Source: Fistulifera solaris (lineage: Eukaryota). Taken from it: DNA of 64,000 bases. The stretch is from contig AP026136.1 in NCBI GenBank assembly GCA_030295235.1, positions 496,001 through 560,000 of the forward strand, written 5' to 3'. Under the pieces are notes generated by a model. The model worked only from the letters and a program-made list of their open reading frames with translations, had not been told where the DNA came from and did no database searches. A program made the translations under genes and the position numbers. Every line of letters begins with the position of its first letter. Position 1 is the first letter of the stretch. Positions 35,222 to 47,323 of the stretch are shown one piece after another.

Positions 35222-38200
35222 TTACCATCCGAGAATTGCTTTCCGATGTTTGACGAAAAGGTCGAGTGTGAGCGGCTTTGTCAAGATATCTGCGGTTTGT
35301 TCGAGAGTATCGATCTTGTGAATTGTTATATCTCCACTATCAACGTATGATCGAAAATGGTGCAGTTTGACATTCAAATGTTTCGTTCTTGGTCGAGCCT
35401 TCGGAACTTTTGCTATTTCCAGAGCTCCCGAGTTGTCTTCGAATACTTTGCAATGAACCTTCGGTCTCCATTCTTTTACGTCAAATCCGAGTGATTGCAT
35501 TTCCTTCAAAGTATTCATGATGGGAATTGCATCTCTAAGTGCATAACTCAATCCAGTAAATTCGCTCTCTGTGGAACTCAATGCAATTTCTGTCTGAAGT
35601 TGGCTTTTGTGATGCAATAATATTCCGGCGTAGGTGATGAAAAAATCCGTGTCGGGAGCGAGCTGTATTGCGGTCCTCAAAAGCTATCTCTGGATCCCAA
35701 TTGCCTGCGAAATCGGCGTCAACATGAACTTCCAAGCTTCTAGAAACGTCCGGGTGCAAAATCATTCCTTTGTCTCTTGTTCCTATCAGGTATTTTGTGA
35801 GCCATCTCATTGCATCTCCATGTTCCTTTCTTGGGTCTGACGCGAAGCGCGCATTGATGGACTGCATAAGCGATGTCTGGCCTGGATCCTCTCGTGAGGT
35901 AGTTCATTTTTCCTATGACTGAAGTGTAATGAAAACTTTTGTCAAATGGCGGTGATTTGGGATGTTTCGAAAGTAGCTTTGATGATGCCATTGGAATTTC
36001 CTTTGTTTTAATTTCCTTCTGGTCGAATTTCATGTCTTTGATTATTGAGTCGATAAGATGCGGTTGCTTCAATTCGATTGTTGATTCGTCAATTCTGTTG
36101 ATGTTGACTCCCAGAAAATCCGATAAATCTCCCTCAACTGTAATGTCTAGCTTGATCTGTTTCATCTTTTCAATAATTTCTTCAATCTCTTTCTCATTTG
36201 GACCTCCAAGAATACTGTCGTCGGTATATAGGACATACATCGTGCCCTTGTAGTAAAATACACACTCGTCGTACTCCGATTGCTTGAAACCAATCTCAAA
36301 TAGCTTCTTTCGCAAATAAAGGAACCATGTTCGACTTGCATCCTTTGCTCCATAAACATTCTTGTGGACTTTCAGTACATAATCATCTGGGGATGCTCCG
36401 TGTATTGTATATCCCTTTGGAATGGACAGATAAATTTCTTTGTCGCGTGGCGCTTGAGGAAATGCCTGAACATAATCAAGTTGTTTTGTATGCCAACCAT
36501 GTATGATCACCATTGCAAGTAACAAGCGGATTGAAGTCCAATTAGCGACTGGAGAGTAGGTCAGTTCATAGTCGCGACCATATTTCATCCGTGACCCATC
36601 AATTGTCAGTCGCGCTTTCCACTTTTTGACTTCACGTGTCATAATGTCTCGTTTGCGACGAAGTTGCCACACCGTTGGAAGAATCGTTGCTCCCTCTGGA
36701 ACTTGACTTCTTGGAAATAATGAGAAATTTCCATTTGCCATTTGATCCTCAATTTCGGTATCCATTCCTTTGGAAAACTCCGGCCAATCGGGTTCTTTGC
36801 GAGCTTGATGCAAATACATTGAGTCAGGATCGGCACTTGTCTTAAAAACATAGAATGGATCTGGTGGATTGAGTTTTGCTGAGGCAGTTTGAAGAGTTTC
36901 GTAGGCAAATAATTCCCCTTTGATGGCGGCCGATGATTGACTGAGTTCATTTACAAACATTGCAACCATGATCTCTATTAATCGAGTAACGGGACGGCGT
37001 TGGCGAGTGCTTCGTCTCTCCCTCTGAGATGGTGGTGGCGGTGGATCGGAAAGGGGCTCAGGTTCAGGTTGATGATCGGTGGATGGAACAGTGTCATCAG
37101 GTTGATCGGTGGGCGGTATCGGCAAAGGAGAGAGGTCGGGAATCGGAGAAGTGGGTGAATCCGACGAGGAAGGCGCTGATTGTTGAAGGGTTGTGCTTGG
37201 AGCGACAAGAAAGCCGGCTTTGAGTTGCCATAAACATGTTTTCGCAAGGTCCGGAACAGTTTGGAATTTCGAATCAAATTTGACGTGAAACTGGGGACTG
37301 ACGAGTCCTGTGTCGGGGTTCAGTACCAGGGCGACAGAACGACTGTGTACTGGAGATCGTCCCAAATAAATTCCGAGATGCGAGCGGAGACGCCATTTGT
37401 GAAATATCCGACTTTTTCCTCCTTGGAGCGCGGCATCGAGCACAAAGACTGGGCAACCGAAAGGTTTCCAATGAATTGGATTCGAATGAATCTCCGTGTT
37501 GGTGAAAAGTTGGTAAGGTGTACGGCGCTCAGCGTGTTTCATGTTTGGCATGTGATTGATGGAATCGTTGGCCATTCGTAAAGCGTAAGGCCACAGGTGG
37601 GTAGTGATGGCTTGCGGCCACTTGTGTTGTGCGTCAATTAACATAGCGCGAGTGAGTTCCTGCAGTTGTCGAATGCGGCGTTCAGCTCGTCCATTTTGAT
37701 GATGGGCTCCCACTCCGGCAAAAGAAAGACCTTGACCATTTGTTGCGCAATCGTTGACCCAGGTGTTTGAATTGAAAATTCCGTTATCAGCATGATAGTG
37801 TTTGATCTTCTCAACTCCACAATTGCGAGCGTATTGTTCAAATGCATGCTTTGCTTCCAGAGTCTCAGTCGCACTTTGTGTCTTTTGCAGATGAACATAA
37901 CTCAAGTTTGAATACAGGTCCACGAAGACTGTTGCGTATAGATAGCGCTTCGTTGTCAGAATTCCTGTAAGCTGAGCAATGAAGCCGGGAGTAGGAGAAT
38001 TCATTTGATCCACAGCAACAACTTGTCCAGGGTGAGTAGGTTTTTGAAGCTCTTTACCCTGTTTGGCTGGTTTCGTTCGCCATTGACGCTTGGTTGCTTT
38101 TCCATAAAGACAGGCAGTACATACAGGTGTCGGGCATTTTGCGAGTCGGCGTGGAAGAACGCCTTGCTTTGCTAATTCTTGAAGCTTTTCCATTGGTGCG

Positions 38201-39303
38201 TGTCCATAGAGTCGATGGTAGGTAAGTAACTCTGCTGCTGGAACTGTTTGAGTTGTTGCAGTGTCACTTTCTTGAACCACGGCTTTGTCTGTGTTGCCGT
38301 CAAACTCGAAGTCGACTGTACGGCTTTGGAACGGTGCTGCTCCCTCTGAATCTGCATTTTCTCCCTCTGAAGCGACTGGGGTGTCCGCGTTGGCATCGAA
38401 ACAAAGCGGATCATCGTCTTCGTCGTCAGTAATTGATGCTTTGGTGCAGAAGGCTTCAAAGTTGCGGAAGCCAGGGGCTGAGTAAAAGGTTGCGACGTTT
38501 GAACGAGGATCAATTGGAATTGTCTTCTTGTTGCTGCCCCAATAAAGAATCGCGTGTTTGCTTGTTGTATCACATCCAGAGAGTTTGTGTCTGGTGTATT
38601 TTGCCCAATGTTGCGGTGATAAAAGTCTGACCTTGCCGTCTGGTACGTAATATGAATTTGGAATCGTGAAGGATGTCATCTTGCCCTCATCATTTTCCCA
38701 TGACCATTTCAGAGTTCCTTTCATCACGTTGCTGGTGCGAGTACCACCAAAGCCCTTGATAATCAAATTTGTTTCTTGTAATTCCCCAACAAAGTCCGTC
38801 AGCGACATGGGAGATGCATGCTGAGCATCTATTGTCGACACCCACTGGAACGGAGTCGGTATCAAAAGTGGTGGTAAGTATTTGTGGGATCGCATTTGCA
38901 CTGAAACACATAGCTGTCATCATCAGCACATATCTCCTTTGACGCACTTTTCGCTGTCTCCACCATCTGGCTATTGGATTGCGGAATCGAATGAGCGCGT
39001 GTGAGAAGTGTATGTTGCCTTTCGTGCTGCTTGTTTCCTTTTGTGAAGGATTGCGTGGGACTTGCAGTTTCGTGTATCCATACTGTGTGAATGCGGACCA
39101 GGTAAGTCTGAATTGGACTGCAAACGCGTTGACCAAATGTTTTCAATCGCTTGCTAATGGGTTTCTTTCGAAGTCTCTTAGGAATATAGCAAGTTGCTGA
39201 CGTCATTAAAATGGTCAAAGAACAAACAGTATATCAGGGATGCGGTGAAGATAAGTAGCCAGTCCCAGCTAAAGCTGAGGTACCGCCAGATGGACTTGGT
39301 TAG
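35222..39303 (-). CDS. pol: Copia pol polyprotein (protease, integrase, reverse transcriptase, RNase H)
   Basis: Protease region FDTDSVPVGVDNRCSACIS. Integrase H-H-C-C (YHRLYGH...CTAC) and D-D-E (VAVDQM, HADNG, AERRIR). RT motifs WKARL, LDYVQAF, YGAKDA, LYTDD. RNase H motifs VDADFAG, ALSSTESE, EDN, ADILTK. Several frameshifts. Confidence 0.95.
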
Positions 39304-40561
39304 TCATTCGCTGTCGCTTGCCGTTGTCACTTTCATCCGAGTACTCTTCGTCATTGTCGTCTTGTTCGCTGTCGCTATCGTCAAGGAGTGCAGCAAGAGC
39401 TTTGACAAGTCGCTCTTTCTTTGCTTCAGGCTTCGAGGTTCCCGGTTTTCTAATGTTGGCTTGGCGACAATCAACCATCTTGTGTTTTCCCCACGAAGTT
39501 GTGCTTATCGCACCAGAAGTACTCGCTTTCGACTGTCTTCTGCTTTGGCTCGTCATCCTTGGGAGGTACCGACATCCAGTCTGGCTTTGGAGTGTTTCTG
39601 TTGCGTTGGGGTTTGCCTTTTACCTGGTGCTTTGGCTTGTTTTCGGTCTTTTTCTTGCTTTCCAACTTTTGAAGTTTTGCCTCTAACGTGAGAATCTTTT
39701 TCTTCTTCCGGCGAGGGCGCTCCAGAGAGAAAGCTGTACCAAGGTCTTGTACTTGTTGTCTGCTAGGTTCATAAGGTGATCCGGAGTCATCGGAAGACCC
39801 TCGTGGTAATCTTCTTCTTTCTTCAGGATGTAGTTGACAAAGGTGCGATCGGATGCTGCCTTGTAACCCTTGAAGAGATTTGCAAGAAGATCATTTGTGG
39901 TTTCGCCACGAGCTGCCAATCCTTCCAACAACTGTTTGACTTGCTGATTCATCTTGGTGATGTTGAGCTGGATTTTCGGTAAGTACTGGTCCAAACTGGA
40001 GAGCTGTGTGCGAATGTGTGTGACAGTTGCGTTTGTATCGATGTATGTCTCACGGATGATGACTTTGAACAAGCAAGGGCCACTCGGGATACCGTTAATG
40101 GTATACTGGTCACGCCAGATCGTGATGCGATCAATGGCGGTCGGGCTTAGAGAGGAAATGAGGCAGTTGGCTGCCATGTAGGAATCTTGTGCTGCGCGGG
40201 ACGGAGTACTGATGTACGTCAGCGTGGTCTTGGATATGCTCCAAGGTGATGTCTCCGTAGTTGGAGAGGAGGTTGGTGGTGTTCTGGACGATGGCTTCGA
40301 TATTGTCGGGGATGTTGAAGATCGGCCCCCAACCAAAGTTGCTAGCACGGATGCTAAGTCCTTCAATGAAGGAGCGCATGCGACCAGGGTCGCAGTCGAA
40401 TCGTTCATCTCCAATCTGCTTGGTCGCCATTTCGTGAAAGGCGAGATCCTTCAGCGAGTAGAGAAGTCGATGACTTGGTGGGAGCTCAAGCCGGGCTTAG
40501 AGCAAAGGGAGCTGCGACGGGAGCAGCGATGTTAGGGTCGGCGTTGTTCGCAGTCAGCCAT
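39304..40561 (-). CDS. gag: Copia gag-like protein
   Basis: ATG at 40561 after the leader. Helical capsid-like region (SGPCLFKVII...LFKGYKAASD), basic tract, WCDKH..WGKH....C knuckle and acidic tail. Heavily frameshifted. Confidence 0.8.
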
Positions 40562-40653
40562 TTCGTCAGAACGGCGGTAGTTGTTATAAAGCCGGAGCTT
40601 TATGGTCACTTATAAAGTACGGAGCTTTATAGTCACTTTAAGCAGAGGAAGCG

Positions 40654-41032
40654 TCTTAAAATCCACAGGTGCCGGAGCCGTCTATGGATTGGGCTTGACA
40701 AAATTAACTTGGTGCAAACGGATTGCTGCAAACGGATTGCTTGTTAAAATTATAAGCAAGTAAATGAAGTTATCCTATTGATATCAATCTTGTTCTTGTC
40801 TTCATTGTTCTCATTTTGATTCATGTAGAATATGCAGAAGCTGCTGGCATTGTTCTTTGTCAGTAATAGTTAGGTTCTTTCGGCAGCTGTTAGTTCTTTG
40901 AATAACGAGGGTTCGAAGTTTTGGTAGATTGCTGTTCGCTTCTCGTTTTCATTATCATGTAATATGTAGTTGCACTTGTCATTCCGTTTATTGTAGTCAC
41001 GTGCGGGACTGTGCGGGACTGGTTATTCAACA
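40654..41032 (-). repeat. 5' LTR
   Basis: Near-identical copy of 34824-35201. Confidence 0.95.
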
Positions 41033-41835
41033 GAGAAGTTTACATTTTTTGAGTCCCATGCAAGACTCGCGATCGCGAAGCGATCTTCATCAGGCTTGAC
41101 CACCGTCTCGTATCGGTACTCCTCTAAGATTGACATGTAGGAGCCTTTTTCTCCGAAAGCTACTCCTCTCCACATCCAGATCTCAGTCTTGTCTACAGCT
41201 AACCGCAAAAAGATCGCAGGCGAGGGCACATTGTAGACATAACATGGTGGGCGAGAATACCAACGAAAATATTGACTTTTACGTGTTGCCGTAGTTGATG
41301 ATTCTGTAATGATGTAGGCTAGTTTCAATGCTCAACTCAGAGAGAGTATCTTAATTCAGTCCCGAAAAGAGTATCGAATTCCCAGCATCTCTTTTCACGT
41401 TGTTATCAGTAACCTAGATAATCCATGAAAATCTTTCTTTGCTCAACGCACTGTTGCTGACAAGAGTTTAATAGGAGACCAAATAGAGCATTTCGATGAG
41501 TGGCAAGTCCAGCGTGCGTGCGCTGCGATCAACTTCTAACCTTGCTTTTTCGGGAAGGATGACTGGGTGCTTCTAGGGAAAAGCGGAAAAAATAGCAAAG
41601 TTTGTTGAGCTTCATTATTAATTGCACACGATCTCATTTTGGTCTACCTGCATCATTCTGATCCACTTCAAAGCATACTTATAGACGATCGTACACATAT
41701 GACAACATTCGAGACTCGACAATTCTCCATCTTCATCACATGCATCAAAGACCAAGTGGGAGATTGAAAATTTCTTGTTACGACTCACCACACTAGTAGC
41801 GTTTCTCCAGGAAAAGGATCGTAGCGGCTGCCGCA

Positions 41836-42352
41836 TCAACGCGAAGGGGCACTCGTGCGGCTCATGGTGCCTATTCCCATGCACTTATCCAAATGTTGAG
41901 CGAACCGAAGAGTGTTGACCAGTCGTTTGCAAAGGGGACAGTCGATCATCGTCTCGGGTTCTTTGTTTGGCAAACGACCCCAAATATCCAATTGCGTCTG
42001 TTGTCGCGTCATTATGCCTTCACTCTCGGTCGTCGGTTCTGTAATTTCAGTTGAATTGATATTGTACTGAATAGGGGCGTCACCCTTAACATACTCGACT
42101 CCATTGGCGATTAAATCGTCTTTGAGTTCGTCTACTGAATTGTACAAGCCAGGATACAATGCCATTCGATCAAGAAGAATAGATTCTTCGACTGATACAC
42201 TACTCTTCTTGTTCTCTTCAATCATTTTATATTTATCTTCTTGCTATTTGCTGCAACGCTATACTTTCATGCACATGCGATGAAATAGGAAACGGGTATT
42301 GTCATCATCGTCTTGAAATGCATCTCGGTTGCCCAAAACTTGCTTGACATCA
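41836..42352 (-). CDS. SGF11: SAGA deubiquitination-module subunit Sgf11/ATXN7L3-like
   Basis: DIWGR...DCPLCKRLVNTLRFAQHLDKCMG matches the Sgf11 zinc finger (CxxC...RFAxHLxKCMG). The 5' end is uncertain. Confidence 0.82.
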
Positions 42353-42607
42353 TCGTAACGGTATTCAATACCGGTGCGGGTTGATGGAATAACGAATGTA
42401 GCTTTCAAAGTTTTTGAACAGGCTATACGGTACTAAAATACCTTATATCCAATCCGTCATGGGCACTTGAGAAAATGCAAGGGGATACATGCTTTGACGT
42501 GCAAAATGAAAACACATCATCTTTCGTATCATGAGAGGATCCTGACGAATGAATCAAATCTTATTGTTCTCCTCCATTGAAAAACGTCATTTAAACATTG
42601 ATTCACT

Positions 42608-44743
42608 ATGGCTTCGCTTCGTGGCAGTCCGGACATTGTGGATTTAACGACGGATTACGGGATCGCGAATAGTACTCACGTCGGTCGAACACAGTTCGCC
42701 TCCCGACAGGCTTTCAACCGGAACGAAGTGATCGCCATAGACGACGAACCAAGAAGAGACCCGACTCAGCAGTACACGGTGAAAGCGAAAAAACGAAAGC
42801 GACCGACGGAACCACACGGTCGATACGATGTCGTCGACCTTCGACAGCCCCTCCATCCATCGGAAGTTGTCGACCTCATCAGTGGGGGGAATGGCTCATC
42901 TGTCGAACCAAAATCCCGTGGCTGCTTCGATACCTACATCTGCGAGTGATAATTCTTACTTCAACCAGGTTCTTCAAGTTTTCCCTGACGTGAATGATGC
43001 ATACTTGAGAAAATTACTTGCGGAGAACGGCAACAGCGTCGCTGTGGTAGTGTCTCTCTTGGCGGATCAGTCCTCGTATCCCAAAGCCGACCATCGAAAG
43101 CTCCCTCCTTCTGATGCTACTCTTGTTGCAGTGGAAGGAAAGAAGTGGACGTATGACTTTATGTCTACGGAGAGTTTTGAGTCGAAGGGACATTACCATC
43201 AGCAAGCCCAAGTACAATTGCTGATTGACTGTAAGTACGCTTCGTCGCTGACATCCGATTCTTTGCAATGTGCTGACAGGTGCTCGCTAGTTCCGTATCT
43301 TTCCAAGGCCGGAGCACTCGCCTTTCTGACTCAGTCCAAGGGTCACTACGCCGTCGCTCATGACCGCATTCTGCAACTCGTAAAAGGGCAAGGGGGATTA
43401 CAAGAGCAATACACCCGAGTCCAAAGCGGGATGTTCCCACCCACGATTATTGGCAACGTTCTGTCGCCCAAACATGTCCTCCGGCGGCCGCGAAAAAAGT
43501 CGGCCATTTACCACACATCGATCCTGGATGGAGTACTCGCGGAAGAATGTCAATACGTCCTAGGCAAATTGTCCGAGTGGGAGCGGCAAACAGCCAAAGA
43601 CTTGCTTCGGATGAAACAAAAAGAAGTCTGTGATCGGGAAGGCACGGGTGTGGAATGCTTGTGCTGTTGCGACTCGTATCCGATTGAGGACATGGTTCAG
43701 TGCAACGACGAAGGTCATTTGTTTTGTTGTGAGTGCTTGAAGCAGCAAATCGAAACTCTCATTTTTGGGACGGGGAATCTGGGTGTGGACCGAACGACCA
43801 AGAAATTAGCGACAGAACTACAATGCTTTCAGGGAGACTGTACATCGACCTTTTCCAGAAAGTGCTTGGAGAAGGCATTGCCTCACAAGACGATGGAGAA
43901 GTACGACAAGGTGCAATTTGAAATAAGGTACGTGCGCTTTGTGTATTAGTCTTGGTTTGACAATCTCAAGTACACATTGACTAATTTCTTTACAAAGTGT
44001 TCAGCAAGCTGGTGTCGAAAATATGGCTGTCTGTCCAAAATGCAACTATCAAGTCGTGTTGTCATCGGCAGATCAGCGTGTCCTCGAATGCCCTGTCACA
44101 ACCTGTCGTTACGAATCATGGTAAGTTCTCCGATTTCAGGGCCATCGATCTTTTCTTGTGTACTATGCGCTAACCCGTATTACCTGACAATAGCGTTCTC
44201 TGTGGGGAGGCGTCGCATGTCCCTTTAAGATGCGAGGAGGTCGAAAAAGATAAAAAAGAAACCAGTGGCCGCTTGACTGTCGAGGAAGCTATTTCTGCAG
44301 CCAAGATTCGTCATTGTCCAAAGTGTCGTAAACCATTCATAAAAAAGCGACGGATGGTGAGTTACACAAAGCCTGCAGTGACACTTGTTTCGTTTGTATC
44401 TAACTTTTGCTGTCTCGTTCGTACTTCTACTTCGAAAAGCAACAAAATTGTATGCGGCTGCGGCGCGAAAATTTGTTATGTCTGTAGGAGTTTGATCACG
44501 AGCTCCACTCCTTACACACATTTTTGCCAAACGCCTCACTGCCAACATCAACGATGTAACTTGTGTCCATTGTACACAAAGGATGCAGAGGATGATGCAC
44601 GTGCGATGCGAGAGGCTGGTGTGCAAGCTGCACAACAGGTGCGAGAGAAATTGCAACAAGATACAAGCGCTTCAGGACGCAAGCTCTTGGATCTAAATAT
44701 TGACGTTGATGCTATTTTGAGAAACCCCAATCAGCGCCCCTAA
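42608..44743 (+). CDS. RBR-type E3 ubiquitin ligase (RNF216/TRIAD3-like) with CUE-like domain
   Basis: CUE-like QVLQVFPDVNDAYLRKLL; RING1 ECLCCCD...QCNDEGHLFCCEC...CFQGDC; IBR CPKC...CP; RING2 region TVEEAISAAKIRHCPKC...NKIVCGCGAKICYVCR...HFC. Introns at about 43231-43290, 43928-43997, 44121- and 44357-. Confidence 0.88.
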
Positions 44744-44817
44744 ATGACGACGGCTCTCTAGTTTGCCGAAACTATCGGAGTTTATTGCTTTGATGATTGA
44801 GATAGTAATCGTTTTAT

Positions 44818-47323
44818 TTACAGCCATGTTTGTTTCTTCATTTTCTTCGCCGCCATTCTATCGACCACAAGCACAGTAACCAACAAAGCAGCGACAACCA
44901 GGGATAGTAAGGGACGATTAAAACTGTCTGGGAGCAGGTCAAAGCCTCTAGCTGGCGAAGTTCGAGCAAAGAAGATGTCGGGGCCACCGAAAGCCAAAAC
45001 TAAAGACTGCGACTCCAAATCAGTTGAGGCGCTGATTACGGTGTGCGCAGACTCTACTGTCTGATTGTAGTTGATCGTCATGTAGGGAACAATAGGGATG
45101 AGTTCAGTATACGGACGCAATCCTTCTTTCTTCTCGGAGTCCTTTAATTGCCCCAAAGGTCGCCGTGGGTCTACCAATTTTCTGTCCACTCCTGTAATTT
45201 GACCATCAACAGTTGCCAACAGTAGTCTTCGACTGCTGATTCCACTTCTCGAAGTTGTGACCCCAAGAGCAGACACTGGCTTAGCCAAGCTATAAAGCTT
45301 CGAAAGTACGACAGGCTTAGAATCGCGGGCATCAAGACTTGAAAACGTTGACGAATACTCTGGTGACGTGAATGCCGTCACTCCCTTGCTGCCAATCATC
45401 CCCTCGTACTTTTCAGAGTTAAATGTTAGTGTTATGATTCCAAGGACAAGAATCAGCGACGAGATGAGCAATCATACATTCTTACCAAGGATAAAACACC
45501 AAGCTCGGATCGTCGCGTTTTGGAGTTTCCGAAGGTATAGTAAATCCAATTTTCCGAAATGACAGCTTGAGGCTTAGGAAATTTGGCCGCATTAGCGTGA
45601 CTTACACGGTACAAAACTTGACCAGATACGGTATCGACCACATTGATAAACAGATTAGGTTTGGTACTGGGTACACTGACCTCCATGCTATCAGACTCGT
45701 CTGTGGCCCCAACTGGTTTTCGGTTGACTTGAAACATTGCAGACACCATTTCATCATCTTTGTAGCTTGAAACCTTCTCGGTGATAAAAACCGCTAAATG
45801 CGGATTCAGATATTTGAGTAAAAGAGAGTCGTCTCCCATAACTGAACAAGGGGATTGCACCGACTCTTGTCGCGGAGGATACGCTAAGCTAATAATCTTT
45901 TCTCCGTCAAAAACTGTCGAGCCCATCGTAAGTCGGCTGGTGCCTCGAAGCAACAAGGTCTTGATGGAGTTCTCCTTATCCACTACGTGTGTATAGAGCC
46001 CTGATTCTGGGATGGTGACTTCATCGCTACTTGGAATAGAGTGGATGCTCTGATCCTGAGTTAGTATGAGCGCCCCTTGACGACAATCGGTTGAACTGGT
46101 CTCGACCGGGATGATTTGCGCGACAGGCGATTTCAGCTGGATGGCGCCCTTTGCAAAAGCTTGCCAGTTGGCCCATCCCAACAAATCCACTCGAGTTGTT
46201 CGTTGCGAATGTTCGATAAAGCCAAGTAATCACCGTGATCACCGTGATAGCCGGTCCCAGGACCACCATGGACTAATCGGTGCCAATTTGCTTCAGGTAA
46301 ATCAATTTGGTAACGAATATTTCGATCAATTGTATCTAAAGCCCAGATTCGATTCGCCGACGTCGACATAAGGATTGCGATCTTGACAAAACCAAATAGA
46401 TGGTTTCGTCGGTCGCTGCGTTCGGTGGTGAAAATTGAGGTGATGGCCTTCCACTGGGATTGCAATCGATTCGGCAACGAAAGCAAGTCGTGCGATGTAC
46501 CTTCTCCACCCACATAGTGACTCGCATCTACCAAAGAACCCACTGAAATAGTTGACAACCCTTCTTCTGCTTGCCAAAGAGTTGTAATTTCCTTCTCTTC
46601 AATTGCAATCACCTTAGTGGTACCGCGTTGCGTGGATATCAATACATGTGCTACTGTGGCTGAACATTTCAAAAAAGTAACAAGAGCAATCGGATCAGTC
46701 TCGGATGAAGCTTCCCATTCCACTGCGAGCGAGTCTTGATTTCCGTTCGCAGAATCCCAAACTTTTAAGGCGGATCCTTGAAAATTCAGTAAAAGCTTTG
46801 CCTCCGCACAGAACGTTACAGGTTTCACGTCAGTGATTCGTCCAGATTTTTCTGGAGCTAGCGCACCTGTTGCCATGTGAAAATAAGAATAACTATTTCC
46901 TCCACAACTCGCTACGACATAATCTTCATTCTTTTCGGTGACAACCCCCAAGCGCGGGGTGCAATTCGGAGAGACAACGACTACATCCCAAGCCAGAAGC
47001 CCATTTTCCGCATGCCACGCTCGCAAAATTCCATTATCATCTAAAGTAGTCACGTACTTCGATCCTACCGCCATCGCGTGACCTTTCCCGGTGGTAGACG
47101 AACAAACATTGTGCCGCCAGAGTAAGGAGCCGTCACCAATGTTACGGCTGGCCGTGTAACAAGAGTCGGGGTTGCTGGTGATGACAGCATCGTGAATCGC
47201 GTAGGCTACTTGAACAGGTCCATGACCTGTTGTGGCGATATGGAAATCGAGTTGACCGGCCTCTTCTTCAAACAATGCCGAAGAGAAAGGGGCGACAACC
47301 CAAAGGAAAACCCAAAATTTCAT
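44818..47323 (-). CDS. EMC1: ER membrane protein complex subunit 1
   Basis: Signal peptide then ALFEEEAGQLDF; PQQ-like propeller; VMGDDSLLLKYLNPH, VIS-ENW, TDLESQSLV.AFG.DIFF.RTSP...FDLL.DSFN; C-terminal TM. Intron at about 45415-45485. Confidence 0.92.

Larger units (their letters stand above)
34824..41032 (-). mobile_element. Full-length Ty1/copia LTR retrotransposon (diatom CoDi-like), recent insertion
   Basis: Two ~380-bp direct LTRs; flanking duplication GAGAAG at 34818-34823 and 41033-41038; polypurine tract; gag then pol in PR-INT-RT-RH (copia) order. Confidence 0.97.

Noticed and set aside
40641..41032. Tf1-style self-priming of the retrotransposon
   Set aside because: I could not find a convincing complement of the post-LTR sequence within the LTR by eye; only a weak partial match.
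41023..41328. 101-aa ORF as a gene disrupted by the retrotransposon
   Set aside because: It starts at a non-ATG codon, has no recognisable motif, and rejoining across the target site reaches a stop within a few codons.
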